Origin: an uncultured Gallionella sp.
GTDB lineage: Bacteria; Pseudomonadota; Gammaproteobacteria; Burkholderiales; Gallionellaceae
Direction: 5' to 3'
Length of the DNA: 64,000 bases
Assembly (NCBI GenBank): GCA_947084955.1
Contig: CAMTUO010000033.1
Location: 8,164-72,163 of the forward strand
The notes below the pieces were generated by a model. The model saw only the letters and a list, made by a program, of their open reading frames with translations, made no database searches and had not been told where the DNA came from. The position numbers and the translations under genes are program-made. Below, in pieces: positions 8,807 through 19,965 of this stretch (position 1 is the stretch's first letter; each line of letters begins with the position of its first letter).

Positions 8807-10119
8807 GCGTGAGCCTGAAATAAAGCCTGCAGCGCTGCGCGTGGCAGTTTTCCCGTGCTGTTGCGAGGGAGGGCGTCGACAAGCAGCAAGGGGCGTGGCA
8901 GAAAGACAGGATCCAGATGTTCGCGCAGTGCCGCCAGCAGGGTGGAAGCCTGTATGCCCGGCGCGACGACAACGGCTGCAAGCCGCGTGACATGAGTGCT
9001 CTCATCGGGCATATAAAACGCGCCGTCCAGCACGCCGGGCAGTGAGTTCAGTAAATGATCAAGACTTGCCAGGGAATGCCGTTTACCCGCGATATTCACC
9101 AGATCGGCCAGGCGTCCGTGCAGCAGGAAAAGCTCATCGGTAATTAGTTCAATCCGGTCGTTCATGGCAATGGGGGCCTTGATATGTTCGCCGCAGGCAT
9201 GCACGCGGTCATCAACGATGCGCCATTTTATGCCGGGAAACAGCTGCCATGCTGCGCCTTGCGTGGGGCGGCGGGTCGCGATCTGACCGGTTTCGGTGCT
9301 GCCGTAGATTTCAAAAAGCATAGTCTTGCAGCGCGTTTCAATGTCCTGAGCCAGTTGGGCCGGCATCGGCGCTGTGGCGGATACCACACCGGCGAGTTCA
9401 GGCAGCGGCAGCTGTGCATCCAGCCAGGCGCGCAGATGCAGGGGGGAAGAGACCAGTATGCGTGGCATAGGCACGCCTGACAGCGCCTGACATATGTCGG
9501 CGGGGTAAAACGGCTGTGCATGACTCAGCGCACAAGCGCTGCACCATGCCATCAGCAGCGTGGATTCGAATCCATACATGTGCTGTGGTGGTACGGTGCC
9601 AATCAGGGTGCAGTCTTGTGTCACGCCCAGCAGTTTTCCTTCTGCCTGTACGCTGTAAACCAGTGCGCCCCATGTTTTGGGGTGCGGTTGCGGCGTGCCG
9701 GTGGTGCCTGAGGTAAACACCACCGCGACGGGCTGTGTGCGGGCAATTTGCGGAACGTTGATTTCGGCGGCCGTACTCACCTGCATGGCAGGATAGTGCA
9801 GTTGCGGCAGATCCACCGTGCAATGTTCATTGTCCGTCAGAACAAACACATCCGGCGCGAATAGTTTGATCTGGCGCACGATTTGCGGTGTCTGTGCAGG
9901 CGGCAGCAGGCTGATTTTGCCGGACAGCATGGCGGCGGCAAGACCCACGCTGAAACGGTAGCGATCGCTACACAGATTGAGCAAATGACGCCCCGCTGGC
10001 ATCAGCGCTGCAAGCTGGTAAACCTCGGAGAGAAATTGCTGCCGGGTGACTGCACCCTCGCGGCGATAGGCGACGATGCTATTTGGGGAGGGGTGTGTTA
10101 GCAGCGGCAGGGTCGTCAT
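8803..10119 (-). CDS. AMP-dependent acyl/aryl ligase (XanA2-like)
   Basis: Adenylation motifs FTSGTTGTPQ, YGSTETG, GRLADLVNIAGKR and LPRNSTGK; start refined to MTTLPLL at 10119. Confidence 0.85.
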   Translation of the reverse strand: MTTLPLLTHPSPNSIVAYRREGAVTRQQFLSEVYQLAALMPAGRHLLNLCSDRYRFSVGLAAAMLSGKISLLPPAQTPQIVRQIKLFAPDVFVLTDNEHCTVDLPQLHYPAMQVSTAAEINVPQIARTQPVAVVFTSGTTGTPQPHPKTWGALVYSVQAEGKLLGVTQDCTLIGTVPPQHMYGFESTLLMAWCSACALSHAQPFYPADICQALSGVPMPRILVSSPLHLRAWLDAQLPLPELAGVVSATAPMPAQLAQDIETRCKTMLFEIYGSTETGQIATRRPTQGAAWQLFPGIKWRIVDDRVHACGEHIKAPIAMNDRIELITDELFLLHGRLADLVNIAGKRHSLASLDHLLNSLPGVLDGAFYMPDESTHVTRLAAVVVAPGIQASTLLAALREHLDPVFLPRPLLLVDALPRNSTGKLPRAALQALFQAHA

Positions 10120-10121
10120 GC

Positions 10122-10751
10122 TCAGCGTGCCGAATGATTTCTGAATGCGCGCACCGCGTCGAGGATATGCGTGTTCGGCACATCCGGCAGCGCCCATCTG
10201 CGCACCCGGTATTCAACAATAAACATCAGGGCGATCAGCGGCAGGGTCAGGAAATTGGCAAAAATCGACCAGATACGCAGCGGCGCCAGGAAAAACAGCA
10301 GTGTTGATGTGAGCGCCATCAGGGCAAAAAACAGCGTCCAGGCGACCGTAACCTTGCGTGCATAGTTTTCATGCTGCTGCGTTAACGGGGGATGTACGGC
10401 CGCAGCGAAGCGGGTGCAAAGTGGCTGACGCCCTGCAATCAGTGTGCGGCCGAAAGTCATCAGCAGCATGAGTTGCAGGCCCACATCCTGCAGCCAGTAA
10501 AGCAGACCGAAATGCTGTTCAAGTACAGACCATTGGGTGATCAGCGCAGCACATGACAAGATCAGTGCTGTCAGCATGATGAAGCGCCTGTGTGAAGTCC
10601 AGGCCAGCATCAGTGCAAGGACGAACAAGGGTGCAATTGCCACTGGCGCGCCCAGATTGTGCGCAGATATATTGGTGTAATGTGCAAGCAGTGAGTAACC
10701 GATTATCAGCGCAGCAATACCCGGCAAACGCATGATTTTGAGTCGTCTCAA
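10122..10751 (-). CDS. Conserved membrane protein of aryl polyene/xanthomonadin clusters (COG4648-like)
   Basis: FGRTL...PLCTRFA...YARKVTVAWTLFF...WSIFANF...FIVEYRVR. Confidence 0.8.
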   Translation of the reverse strand: MRRLKIMRLPGIAALIIGYSLLAHYTNISAHNLGAPVAIAPLFVLALMLAWTSHRRFIMLTALILSCAALITQWSVLEQHFGLLYWLQDVGLQLMLLMTFGRTLIAGRQPLCTRFAAAVHPPLTQQHENYARKVTVAWTLFFALMALTSTLLFFLAPLRIWSIFANFLTLPLIALMFIVEYRVRRWALPDVPNTHILDAVRAFRNHSAR

Positions 10752-11032
10752 AGGGTTCTGTTTGCCGCGATGTAGTCACAGAGGCGGCGCAATGAACTGA
10801 AAATATGCTGGTTGTCTGCGCTGTCGCTGCGTAATTGCACACCGTAACGTTTGGATACGACCAGGGCGACTTCCAGCACGTCGATTGAATCCAGTCCCAA
10901 ACCGTCCCCATACAAGGGCGCGTCGGGGAGGATTTGATTTGCAGTGACTTCGAGGTTCAGGCATTCGACCATCAGATGGGCAACTTCGTCTTGCAAATCG
11001 GGCGTGCTCGTGGATTTTTGATTATCTTGCAT
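10748..11032 (-). CDS. Acyl carrier protein (XanC-like)
   Basis: Phosphopantetheine site GLGLDSIDVLE. Confidence 0.9.
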   Translation of the reverse strand: MQDNQKSTSTPDLQDEVAHLMVECLNLEVTANQILPDAPLYGDGLGLDSIDVLEVALVVSKRYGVQLRSDSADNQHIFSSLRRLCDYIAANRTL

Positions 11033-11211
11033 GGTGCATATTTTAAGTAGTGTTGCTTGTAAAACTCCCCACCTGAGTGAAATTTTGCGATGGATGGTGA
11101 GCGGAAAAGGTGGCCAGTGCGGACAGGCTATAGACTATAAAGATAAACACCGTGTCTGATGCGGATACTACGCAACACACGGCAATAATGCAACGGTGGC
11201 AGGGGAAACAG

Positions 11212-11613
11212 CTAGGGTTGTGTTGCAGCAGGGGCCGCAACGGCGGGCACTGCGCTGGCGGGTGGTTTATTTGCCTGCTTGATCATGCGTTTGACCTGCT
11301 CGCGATTTTCTTTGGGTATCTGGCTGAATGCGCGATATTTTTCGCGTGCCGCTTCGCGCTGTGCAGGCGTCAGTCTGGCCCAGGTTGCCAGGCGGCTTAA
11401 AAAACGCTTCTTTTCTTCTTCGTTCAGTTTGGGGTAGTGTTGCGCGAGTCGCCGTAATTTCTGCTGCTGCTTCTCGGGGAAGGTGTTCCATTGCGCCTGT
11501 ATGGGGGCAAGCGCCACTTGTTCCGCTGGCGGCAGCGTGTTCCAGGATTCCGGGGCGGCGTAGGCCAGGGAGGCGGCTAAACACAATGCAAGGGCAATTA
11601 ACAGGCTTCTCAT
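11212..11613 (-). CDS. DUF3106 family periplasmic protein
   Basis: Signal peptide and repeated W-xx-LPP/LTP-x-Q helical motifs; alternative GTG start at 11631. Confidence 0.8.
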   Translation of the reverse strand: MRSLLIALALCLAASLAYAAPESWNTLPPAEQVALAPIQAQWNTFPEKQQQKLRRLAQHYPKLNEEEKKRFLSRLATWARLTPAQREAAREKYRAFSQIPKENREQVKRMIKQANKPPASAVPAVAAPAATQP

Positions 11614-11617
11614 ACGT

Positions 11618-11977
11618 TTATTTGTCCACAAATACGTCTATGGGCAGATCGTCGGTCAGAATGGCGATATCCAGATTTTGTTTGTCTTGCGTGCTTTGCC
11701 AGTAGTCGGCCATGCCGAAAACGATCGCGGCAAGTACGACGGTGGCCGCCAGCCATTGATGTGCAGTGTGGGGTATCAGGTTGTGCGCGCGGTGGCCGAT
11801 GGTGCTCAGCGAGAAGACAGGCGCGTGCGCGCGTTGCTTTTGCAACGCGACGGCGCGCGCCTGGCGCAGTGAAGATACGACGTCCTCATCCAGCTGTTCG
11901 GCGCTGCGTGAGAGCAACGCGGCGATTTGCCGGTGATTGATCGGGGACTTCTGTCCTCGTTGATGTTGGTTATTCAT
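11618..11977 (-). CDS. DUF3619 family protein, putative anti-sigma factor
   Basis: LRQARAVAL, one TM helix and a C-terminal ILTDDLP; directly downstream of the ECF sigma gene. Confidence 0.8.
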   Translation of the reverse strand: MNNQHQRGQKSPINHRQIAALLSRSAEQLDEDVVSSLRQARAVALQKQRAHAPVFSLSTIGHRAHNLIPHTAHQWLAATVVLAAIVFGMADYWQSTQDKQNLDIAILTDDLPIDVFVDK

Positions 11978-12543
11978 GATAGTTCTACTCCTATTGCTGC
12001 AAGCACTGCGGACAGTGCGTGGTTTGCTCTTGAACAGTGGGTTTTAACGCTCCCTTCGGTGCAACCCATCGCTGTGGCAGTCTCTGCGGTATCCAGTCCT
12101 TCCCAGTAACGCAGCAGAAAGGCTTCGCGTTGACGTGCCGGCAAATTACTTAATGCCTCCTCGATCAATGCAATGATTTGCTTTTGTTCGAAGGCGGCCT
12201 GGGGCGTGGCGGGTACGCTTTGATTGTCGTCATCTTCGAGCACATCCAGCGGATCAAATTCCTCCTCCGAGGGACGTGCGCCGAACGCGGAAAACAGCGT
12301 GGTCCAGTTGCTGCGGACTTTTGAGCGGCGGCAATGATCGCGTATGGTGTTTTGCAGGATACGATGAAACAGCAGCGGCAACTCTTCCGGCGGTTTGTCG
12401 CCATATTTTTCCGCCAGCTTGATCATCGCGTCCTGTACCACATCCAGCGCTGTGTGACTGTCGTGCATGGCAAACACGGCATGCTTGTAAGCGCGGCGCT
12501 CGATGCGGCTCAAAAAATCGCTTAATTCTGCTTGGGTTGCCAG
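11974..12543 (-). CDS. ECF RNA polymerase sigma factor
   Basis: Region 2 DVVQDAMIKL and region 4 LPARQREAFLLRYWEG...EGSVKTHCSRA. Likely start is CTG at 12543 after AAGGAG; an ATG alternative lies at 12567. Confidence 0.9.
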   Translation of the reverse strand: MATQAELSDFLSRIERRAYKHAVFAMHDSHTALDVVQDAMIKLAEKYGDKPPEELPLLFHRILQNTIRDHCRRSKVRSNWTTLFSAFGARPSEEEFDPLDVLEDDDNQSVPATPQAAFEQKQIIALIEEALSNLPARQREAFLLRYWEGLDTAETATAMGCTEGSVKTHCSRANHALSAVLAAIGVELS

Positions 12544-12605
12544 TTTTTGCTCCTTACTAACGGGCATGGAGTTGAGGAGGTCGCAATAGATAACACAGGT
12601 CATGC

Positions 12606-12670
12606 CCGTTTCCCTCACCCAAACCCTCTCCCGGAGGGCGAGGGTACGAACGAATCGCTACGCGAGTTTT
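12606..12670. repeat. REP-like element (CCCTCACCC...CCCTCTCCC-GGAGGG family), copy 1
   Basis: Near-identical to 25238-25303. Confidence 0.75.
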
Positions 12671-12812
12671 ACATTTTTGACTGGTAATAGTAGCAAATTT
12701 CAAGACATTCTGCCAAAAATCATGCGGGTATGCACGGTAAGTGGGTTGACCAAAAGCCTCGCAGCCTTTATCGTACGCAGTTCTTTTAGAATCTATACAT
12801 AAGGTGTTAGTC

Positions 12813-14522
12813 ATGGAGATGACCGGCGCGGAAATAACTATCCGTTGTTTGCAGGAAGAGGAAGTCGAATATGTATTCGGCTATCCGGGCGGTGCAGTGC
12901 TGCACATATACGACGCGCTTTTTCAGCAGGAAAAGGTCAAGCATATTCTGGTGCGCCATGAACAGGCGGCCGTGCATGCGGCTGACGGCTATGCGCGATG
13001 TTCCGATAAAGTCGGCGTGGCGCTGGTAACGTCAGGCCCCGGGTTGACCAATGCGGTGACGGGAATTGCTACCGCCTATCTGGACTCGATCCCGATGGTG
13101 GTGATCAGCGGTCAGGTGCCGACCTATGCGATCGGCGAAGATGCGTTTCAGGAAGTCGACTCGGTCGGCATTACCCGCCCCTGCGTGAAACATAACTTCC
13201 TGGTCAAGGACGTAAAAGACATCGCGCTGACCATCAAGAAAGCGTTTTATCTGGCGCAATCCGGACGTCCCGGTCCGGTTCTGGTGGATATTCCCAAGGA
13301 TATATCCGCACAAAAGACTGCCTATTCCTATCCGGCCAGTGTCGTGATGCGCTCCTACCAGACGCCGGGACGCGGCGACAGTCAGCAGATCAAACAGGCC
13401 GCGCAGCTGCTGATGGAAGCGAAACGTCCGATGATCTACGCGGGCGGCGGCGTGGTGCTGTCCGATACCTCCGCACAGCTGACCGAGTTGGTGCGTTTGC
13501 TGGGCTTTCCCTGCACCAATACCCTGATGGGTCTGGGTGGTTATCCGGCCAGCGATAAACAGTCCGTCGGTATGCCGGGTATGCACGGCACCTATGAGGC
13601 CAACATGGCGATGCAGCATTGCGATGTGCTGGTGGCGATTGGTGCGCGCTTTGATGACCGCGTGATCGGTAATGTTGAACACTTTGCGCAGAACCCGCGC
13701 AAGATCATCCATATTGACATTGACCCGTCCTCGATCGCCAAGCGTGTCAAGGTCGATGTGCCGATTGTCGGCGATTTGAAGCTGGTTCTGGATGAATTGC
13801 TGAGTGTGTTGCGCGCCAGTCGTCAGAAGCCGGATGAGGCGGATCTGGCCGCCTGGTGGCGTCAGATTGACGAGTGGCGCGTCACGGGCGGCGGTTTGCG
13901 CTACAAGAATTCCAGCGAAATCATCAAGCCGCAGTACGTGATCGAGACGCTGCATAAGCTGACCGGTGGCGATGCGTTTATCACGTCCGATGTGGGGCAG
14001 CACCAGATGTGGGCAGCGCAATACTATAAATTCAACCATCCGCGTCGCTGGATCAATTCGGGCGGCCTGGGTACCATGGGTTTTGGCTTGCCGGCGGCGA
14101 TGGGCGTGCAGCTGAAGCATCCCGACGCGACGGTCGCCTGTGTGACGGGTGAGGGCAGTATCCAGATGAACATTCAGGAGTTGTCCACCTGCAAGCAATA
14201 TCATCTGCCGATCAAGGTGCTGTCGCTGAACAACCGCTATCTGGGCATGGTGCGGCAATGGCAGGAATTTTTCCATGGCAACCGTTTTTCCGAGTCTTAC
14301 ATGGATGCCTTGCCGGATTTTGTCAAGATCGCCGAAGCGTACGGACATGTCGGGATACGTATCGACAATCCGGCTGATGTTGAACCGGCGATGAAGGAAG
14401 CGTTTGCGCGCAAGAATGATCTGGTGTTCATGGATTTTCGCACCGATCCGACCGAAAACGTGTTTCCCATGGTGCCGGGCGGCAAGGGTTTGTCTGAAGT
14501 CGTTCTGTCGGAGGATTTATAA
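12813..14522 (+). CDS. ilvI: Acetolactate synthase III large subunit
   Basis: FGYPGGA, RHEQ, DVGQHQMW, SGGLGTMG and the TPP-binding motif GEGSIQMN...NN. Confidence 0.95.
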   Translation: MEMTGAEITIRCLQEEEVEYVFGYPGGAVLHIYDALFQQEKVKHILVRHEQAAVHAADGYARCSDKVGVALVTSGPGLTNAVTGIATAYLDSIPMVVISGQVPTYAIGEDAFQEVDSVGITRPCVKHNFLVKDVKDIALTIKKAFYLAQSGRPGPVLVDIPKDISAQKTAYSYPASVVMRSYQTPGRGDSQQIKQAAQLLMEAKRPMIYAGGGVVLSDTSAQLTELVRLLGFPCTNTLMGLGGYPASDKQSVGMPGMHGTYEANMAMQHCDVLVAIGARFDDRVIGNVEHFAQNPRKIIHIDIDPSSIAKRVKVDVPIVGDLKLVLDELLSVLRASRQKPDEADLAAWWRQIDEWRVTGGGLRYKNSSEIIKPQYVIETLHKLTGGDAFITSDVGQHQMWAAQYYKFNHPRRWINSGGLGTMGFGLPAAMGVQLKHPDATVACVTGEGSIQMNIQELSTCKQYHLPIKVLSLNNRYLGMVRQWQEFFHGNRFSESYMDALPDFVKIAEAYGHVGIRIDNPADVEPAMKEAFARKNDLVFMDFRTDPTENVFPMVPGGKGLSEVVLSEDL

Positions 14523-15013
14523 TGCGTCATATCATTTCCTTGTTGATGGAAAACGAAGCGGGTGCGTTGTCGCGTGTGGCGGGGCTTTTCTCGGCGCGCG
14601 GTTATAATATCGAATCGTTGACGGTCGCGCCCACAGAAGAAGGTACACTATCGCGCATGACCATCGTCACCAGCGGTTCGGATGCGGTAATCGAGCAGAT
14701 CACCAAGCAGTTGAACAAGCTGATCGACGTCGTATCGGTGATGGATTTGAGCGAGGGCGATCATATCGAGCGTGAGTTGATGCTGGTCAAGGTGCGTGCC
14801 GAGGGCGAGGCGCGAGAAGAGCTGAAACGGCTGACGGATATCTTTCGCGGGCGTATTCTGGATGTATCGGAGCAGACGTATACCATTGAGCTGACCGGCT
14901 CGTGCGTCAAGCTGGACAGTTTTATCGACGCCATCGGCCGTGATTTGATCCTGGAAACCGTGCGTACCGGCGCTTCCGGCATCGGGCGCGGCAACAGAAT
15001 ATTGAGCTTGTAG
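14522..15013 (+). CDS. ilvH: Acetolactate synthase small (regulatory) subunit
   Basis: ACT domain MRHIISLLMENEAGALSRVAGLFSARGYNIESL. Confidence 0.95.
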   Translation: MRHIISLLMENEAGALSRVAGLFSARGYNIESLTVAPTEEGTLSRMTIVTSGSDAVIEQITKQLNKLIDVVSVMDLSEGDHIERELMLVKVRAEGEAREELKRLTDIFRGRILDVSEQTYTIELTGSCVKLDSFIDAIGRDLILETVRTGASGIGRGNRILSL

Positions 15014-15020
15014 AAGAAAC

Positions 15021-16210
<1,190 letters not shown>

Positions 16211-16298
16211 GAACGAGGAGTGAGGATTGAGGCGTGAGTAAAACCAGCACCCTTCGATCCTCGGTTTTTGTTTTTCAATCCTCAATCCTCGATCCACT
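16211..16298. repeat. Heptamer-array inverted-repeat element (GAGGATT/AATCCTC type)
   Basis: GAGGAGT GAGGATT GAGGCGT ... AATCCTC AATCCTC GATCCAC. Confidence 0.65.
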
Positions 16299-16303
16299 AT
16301 CCT

Positions 16304-16957
16304 ATGAATCAATATCCTCACCCCATCATCGCTCGTGAAGGCTGGCCGTTTCTGGCCGGTATCGTCATTATTGCAGCGCTGACCTCCTATTTTATTGGCG
16401 GTTTTACGGCCTTTCTGGTCTGGATTGTCGCGCTGTTCGTGCTGCAATTCTTCCGCGATCCGGGGCGTGAAATCCCTCAGGATGTCGGTGCGGTGCTGTC
16501 TCCGGCAGACGGTCGTGTCATCAAGGTCGAGCGTACGCAAGACCCGTACGGGCAACGTGAGGCGATCCTGATCAGCGTGTTCATGAATGTATTCAACGTG
16601 CATTCGAATCGTAGTCCTGTCGACGGCAAGATCGAGAAAATTCAGTATTTTCCCGGCAAGTTCGTCAATGCGGATCTGGATAAGGCCTCCACGGATAATG
16701 AGCGCAACGCCATTGTGCTGACCACACCTGACCAGCAGACCGTGACCTTTGTTCAGGTCGCGGGCCTGATCGCAAGGCGTATCCTGTGTTATGTGAAAGC
16801 GGGCGATGTGCTCTCGCGTGGCCAACGCTATGGTTTTATCCGTTTCGGATCGCGCGTGGATGTCTATCTGCCGCTGGATGCAAGTGTCAAAGTGAGTATC
16901 GGCGACAAGGTGTCGGCTACCACCACGATACTGGCGATGCTGGCGCAAAACGGTTAA
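16304..16957 (+). CDS. psd: Phosphatidylserine decarboxylase proenzyme
   Basis: [18 protein letters not shown] and the autocleavage motif RFGSRVD. Confidence 0.93.
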   Translation: MNQYPHPIIAREGWPFLAGIVIIAALTSYFIGGFTAFLVWIVALFVLQFFRDPGREIPQDVGAVLSPADGRVIKVERTQDPYGQREAILISVFMNVFNVHSNRSPVDGKIEKIQYFPGKFVNADLDKASTDNERNAIVLTTPDQQTVTFVQVAGLIARRILCYVKAGDVLSRGQRYGFIRFGSRVDVYLPLDASVKVSIGDKVSATTTILAMLAQNG

Positions 16958-16966
16958 GCTCCCGTC

Positions 16967-17713
16967 ATGGACGAACAATACACGACACGAAAGCCGATGA
17001 ATCTGCGCCGTCGCGGCATCTATCTGCTGCCCAACCTGTTTACCACGGGCGCACTGTTTGCAGGTTTTTATGCCATCGTGCAGGCGATGAACGGAAAGTT
17101 CGAGTATGCGGCGGTGGCGATATTCATTGCGATGGTGCTCGATGGTCTGGATGGCCGGGTGGCGCGCATGACACATACACAAAGCGAATTCGGTGCCGAA
17201 TACGACAGTCTGTCCGATATGGTGTCGTTCGGTGTTGCGCCGTCTCTGGTGGTATACGAGTGGGCGTTAAAGGGCCTGGGCAAATGGGGGTGGTTCGCCG
17301 CCTTCATTTATTGCGTGGCCACGGCCTTGCGTCTGGCGCGTTTCAATACCAACCATGACGTGATCGACAAGAATTATTTTCAGGGCTTGCCCAGTCCCGC
17401 GGCGGCAGCGCTGGTGGCGGGTTTTGTCTGGGTGATGCTTGATTACGGTAACAGCGGGGATGATATGCGCTGGTATGCGGCGATCCTGACCGTGTTTGCG
17501 GGGTTGAGCATGGTCAGCAACCTGCCTTTCTATAGCTTTAAAACCATCAATATGCGCAAGAGCGTACCGTTTCTGGTGATTTTTCTGGCAGCGATGTTTT
17601 TTCTGCTGATTTCCAGCTATCCGCCCGGCGTGTTGTTCGGTTTGTTTATGTGTTATGCACTGTCGGGATTTGTGGTGTGGTTTATGCGGCGACGCCGCAA
17701 ACCGGCCGCGTAG
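16967..17713 (+). CDS. pssA: CDP-diacylglycerol--serine O-phosphatidyltransferase
   Basis: CDP-alcohol phosphotransferase motif DGLDGRVAR...FGAEYDSLSD. Confidence 0.93.
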   Translation: MDEQYTTRKPMNLRRRGIYLLPNLFTTGALFAGFYAIVQAMNGKFEYAAVAIFIAMVLDGLDGRVARMTHTQSEFGAEYDSLSDMVSFGVAPSLVVYEWALKGLGKWGWFAAFIYCVATALRLARFNTNHDVIDKNYFQGLPSPAAAALVAGFVWVMLDYGNSGDDMRWYAAILTVFAGLSMVSNLPFYSFKTINMRKSVPFLVIFLAAMFFLLISSYPPGVLFGLFMCYALSGFVVWFMRRRRKPAA

Positions 17714-17816
17714 CTTGCCAATTTCCGGCGTATCCTCGGCATGCTGCGTTTAATCTCAGGTTGTCAGCGGGTTTTGATCTGTCACCGCTGCGCCAGTTAA
17801 TCCATCAGGAATTTTT

Positions 17817-19352
17817 ATGTCAGAAAAATTGATCATATTCGATACCACCTTGCGCGACGGCGAACAGAGCCCGGGTGCGGCGATGACGCGCGAGAAGAAG
17901 ATACGCATCGCACGGCAACTGGAAAAGCTCGGCGTGGACGTGATCGAGGCGGGTTTTGCCGCGGCAAGTCTGGGTGACTTTGAAGCCGTGAAAGCCGTCG
18001 CCGAAACGGTCAAGGAATCCACCGTGTGTTCACTGGCGCGTGCCAGCGAAAACGATGTGCGCCGTGCCGGCGAAGCCATACAGCCTGCAAAATCAGGCCG
18101 CATCCACACCTTCATCGCCACAAGTTCCATCCACATGCAGCATAAGTTGCGCATGAATGAGGATCAGGTGGTCGAGCGTGCGGTTCAAGCGGTGAAATGG
18201 GCGCTCGAATATACCGACGATGTGGAGTTTTCGGCGGAGGATGCGGTACGCTCCGAGATGGATTTTCTGGTGCGCGTGTTCGATGCGGTGATCAAAGCCG
18301 GCGCCAAAACCCTGAACGTGCCGGATACGGTAGGCTATTCCATCCCTGCCGCCTGGGGCGAGCGTATGAAACAGCTGATTGCGCGCGTGCCGGGTTCCGG
18401 CAAGGTGATCTGGTCCACGCATTGCCATAACGATCTGGGGCTGGCGGTGGCCAATTCCTTGTCGGCGGTGATGAACGGCGCGCGTCAGGTTGAGTGCACC
18501 ATCAACGGCTTAGGCGAACGCGCGGGTAATGCGGCGCTGGAAGAAATCGTGATGGCGGTGAAGACGCGCCGCGATGTGTTCAATCTGGACACGCGTATCG
18601 ACACCACCCAAATTGTGACGACTTCCAAACTGGTATCCAGCATCACCGGATATCCGGTGCAGCCGAACAAGGCGATCGTCGGGGCGAACGCGTTTGCGCA
18701 TGAATCCGGCATCCATCAGGACGGCGTGCTCAAACACCGCGAAACCTATGAAATCATGCGTGCGGAAGACGTGGGCTGGAATGCCAACAAGCTGACGCTG
18801 GGCAAGCTGTCCGGTCGCAATGCCTTGCGCTCGCGTTTCACCGAATTGAACATCGAATTCGCGACAGATGAAGCGTTTAACGCGGCATTTTTGCGTTTCA
18901 AGGAACTGGCTGACCGTAAGAGCGAAATCTTCGATGAGGACTTGCAGGCGTTGGTAAGCGATGAGGCGATTGCCGAAGTGAACGAGCATTACCGTCTGGT
19001 GTCATTGCGCGCGCACAGCGAAACAGGGATTTTGCCGGTCGCAAAGGTTGTGATGAATATCGGCGCGGAAAAATTAGATGCCGAAGCGCAGGGCGGAGGT
19101 CCTGTTGATGCGACCTTCAAGGCGATCGAAAAAATTGTCAACAGCGGTACCGAGTTGCAGTTGTATTCGGTGAACAACATCACCAGCGGCACCGACGCGC
19201 AGGGCGAAGTGACGGTGCGTCTGGCGCGCGGCGGGCGCATTGTCAACGGCCAGGGCGCGGATACCGATATCGTGGTGGCCTCCGCCAAGGCGTATCTGAA
19301 TGCGCTGAACAAGCTGCACAGCAAGGACGAGCGGGCTCATCCGCAGGTGTGA
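17817..19352 (+). CDS. leuA: 2-isopropylmalate synthase
   Basis: [29 protein letters not shown] and the C-terminal regulatory domain. Confidence 0.96.
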   Translation: MSEKLIIFDTTLRDGEQSPGAAMTREKKIRIARQLEKLGVDVIEAGFAAASLGDFEAVKAVAETVKESTVCSLARASENDVRRAGEAIQPAKSGRIHTFIATSSIHMQHKLRMNEDQVVERAVQAVKWALEYTDDVEFSAEDAVRSEMDFLVRVFDAVIKAGAKTLNVPDTVGYSIPAAWGERMKQLIARVPGSGKVIWSTHCHNDLGLAVANSLSAVMNGARQVECTINGLGERAGNAALEEIVMAVKTRRDVFNLDTRIDTTQIVTTSKLVSSITGYPVQPNKAIVGANAFAHESGIHQDGVLKHRETYEIMRAEDVGWNANKLTLGKLSGRNALRSRFTELNIEFATDEAFNAAFLRFKELADRKSEIFDEDLQALVSDEAIAEVNEHYRLVSLRAHSETGILPVAKVVMNIGAEKLDAEAQGGGPVDATFKAIEKIVNSGTELQLYSVNNITSGTDAQGEVTVRLARGGRIVNGQGADTDIVVASAKAYLNALNKLHSKDERAHPQV

Positions 19353-19367
19353 TTATTCCGAAACAAG

Positions 19368-19394
19368 AAACGGCGCCAGGAGCGCCGTTTTTTT
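19368..19394 (+). terminator. Intrinsic terminator of leuA
   Basis: AAACGGCGC-CAGGA-GCGCCGTTTTTTT. Confidence 0.8.
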
Positions 19395-19586
19395 CGGCTG
19401 TTTACACGCTGAAAGTTTGGTTCGTCAGGGGCCGCAATAACAATTCCGGCCTGCCGGATGTAGCATAGCAAGCTCGAAAACAGAGGGTCGTCATCAGCAA
19501 CAATGTGCCATAAAGAGAAGGTCAATCTTGAAAATTTGCTGCCAGGAAGCTGTCGTTTATGGCGTGTCACATGTGCTATCACTAGC

Positions 19587-19612
19587 CAGCGTAGCCCGGA
19601 TGCAATCCGGGA
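19587..19612. repeat. GTAG-type REP, left copy of a 26-bp direct repeat flanking higBA
   Basis: CAGCGTAGCCCGGATGCAATCCGGGA, identical to 20505-20530. Confidence 0.8.
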
Positions 19613-19642
19613 TTTAACATCTCCGGTTGCGAAATAACTTGT

Positions 19643-19671
19643 TTGACATGAATTGCATTTTGCAATAATCT
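19643..19671 (+). promoter_or_regulatory. Sigma70 promoter of higBA with an overlapping palindromic operator
   Basis: TTGACA-17 bp-TAATCT; ATTGCA-TTT-TGCAAT at 19652-19666. Confidence 0.65.
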
Positions 19672-19677
19672 CCACCC

Positions 19678-19965
19678 ATGAGAGTCATCACTAACCGTCG
19701 CTTGCTGGAATTTTCTGCTATCCATCGCGATGCCGGCGGGCCGCTGCAAGCGTGGCGCAAGACAATGGAGAGCACCGATTTCAGCAACTTTGCAGACTTG
19801 CGTGTCGTGTTTGCTTCGGCGGATAAGGTTGGCGACTTGCATGTATTTAATATCGCCGGAAACAAATATCGGCTGATTGCGTTTCTGCACTTTGACAGGC
19901 AGATCTGCTACATCAAGCAGGTCTTGACTCATACCGAATACGACAAAGGAGCATGGAAGAAATGA
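19678..19965 (+). CDS. higB: HigB-family toxin (RelE-like mRNA interferase)
   Basis: MRVITNRRL...VFNIAGNKYRLI...LTHTEYDK. Confidence 0.9.
   Translation: MRVITNRRLLEFSAIHRDAGGPLQAWRKTMESTDFSNFADLRVVFASADKVGDLHVFNIAGNKYRLIAFLHFDRQICYIKQVLTHTEYDKGAWKK

Noticed and set aside
12670-12812. Leader-peptide attenuator for ilvIH (also upstream of leuA)
   Set aside because: No short Ile/Leu/Val-rich ORF or terminator hairpin was found.
19395-19586. Possible gene remnant, hammerhead ribozyme or attC site between leuA and higB
   Set aside because: CTGANGA-like words lack the matching GAAA and stems, there are no attC core boxes, and no frame resembles a known protein.
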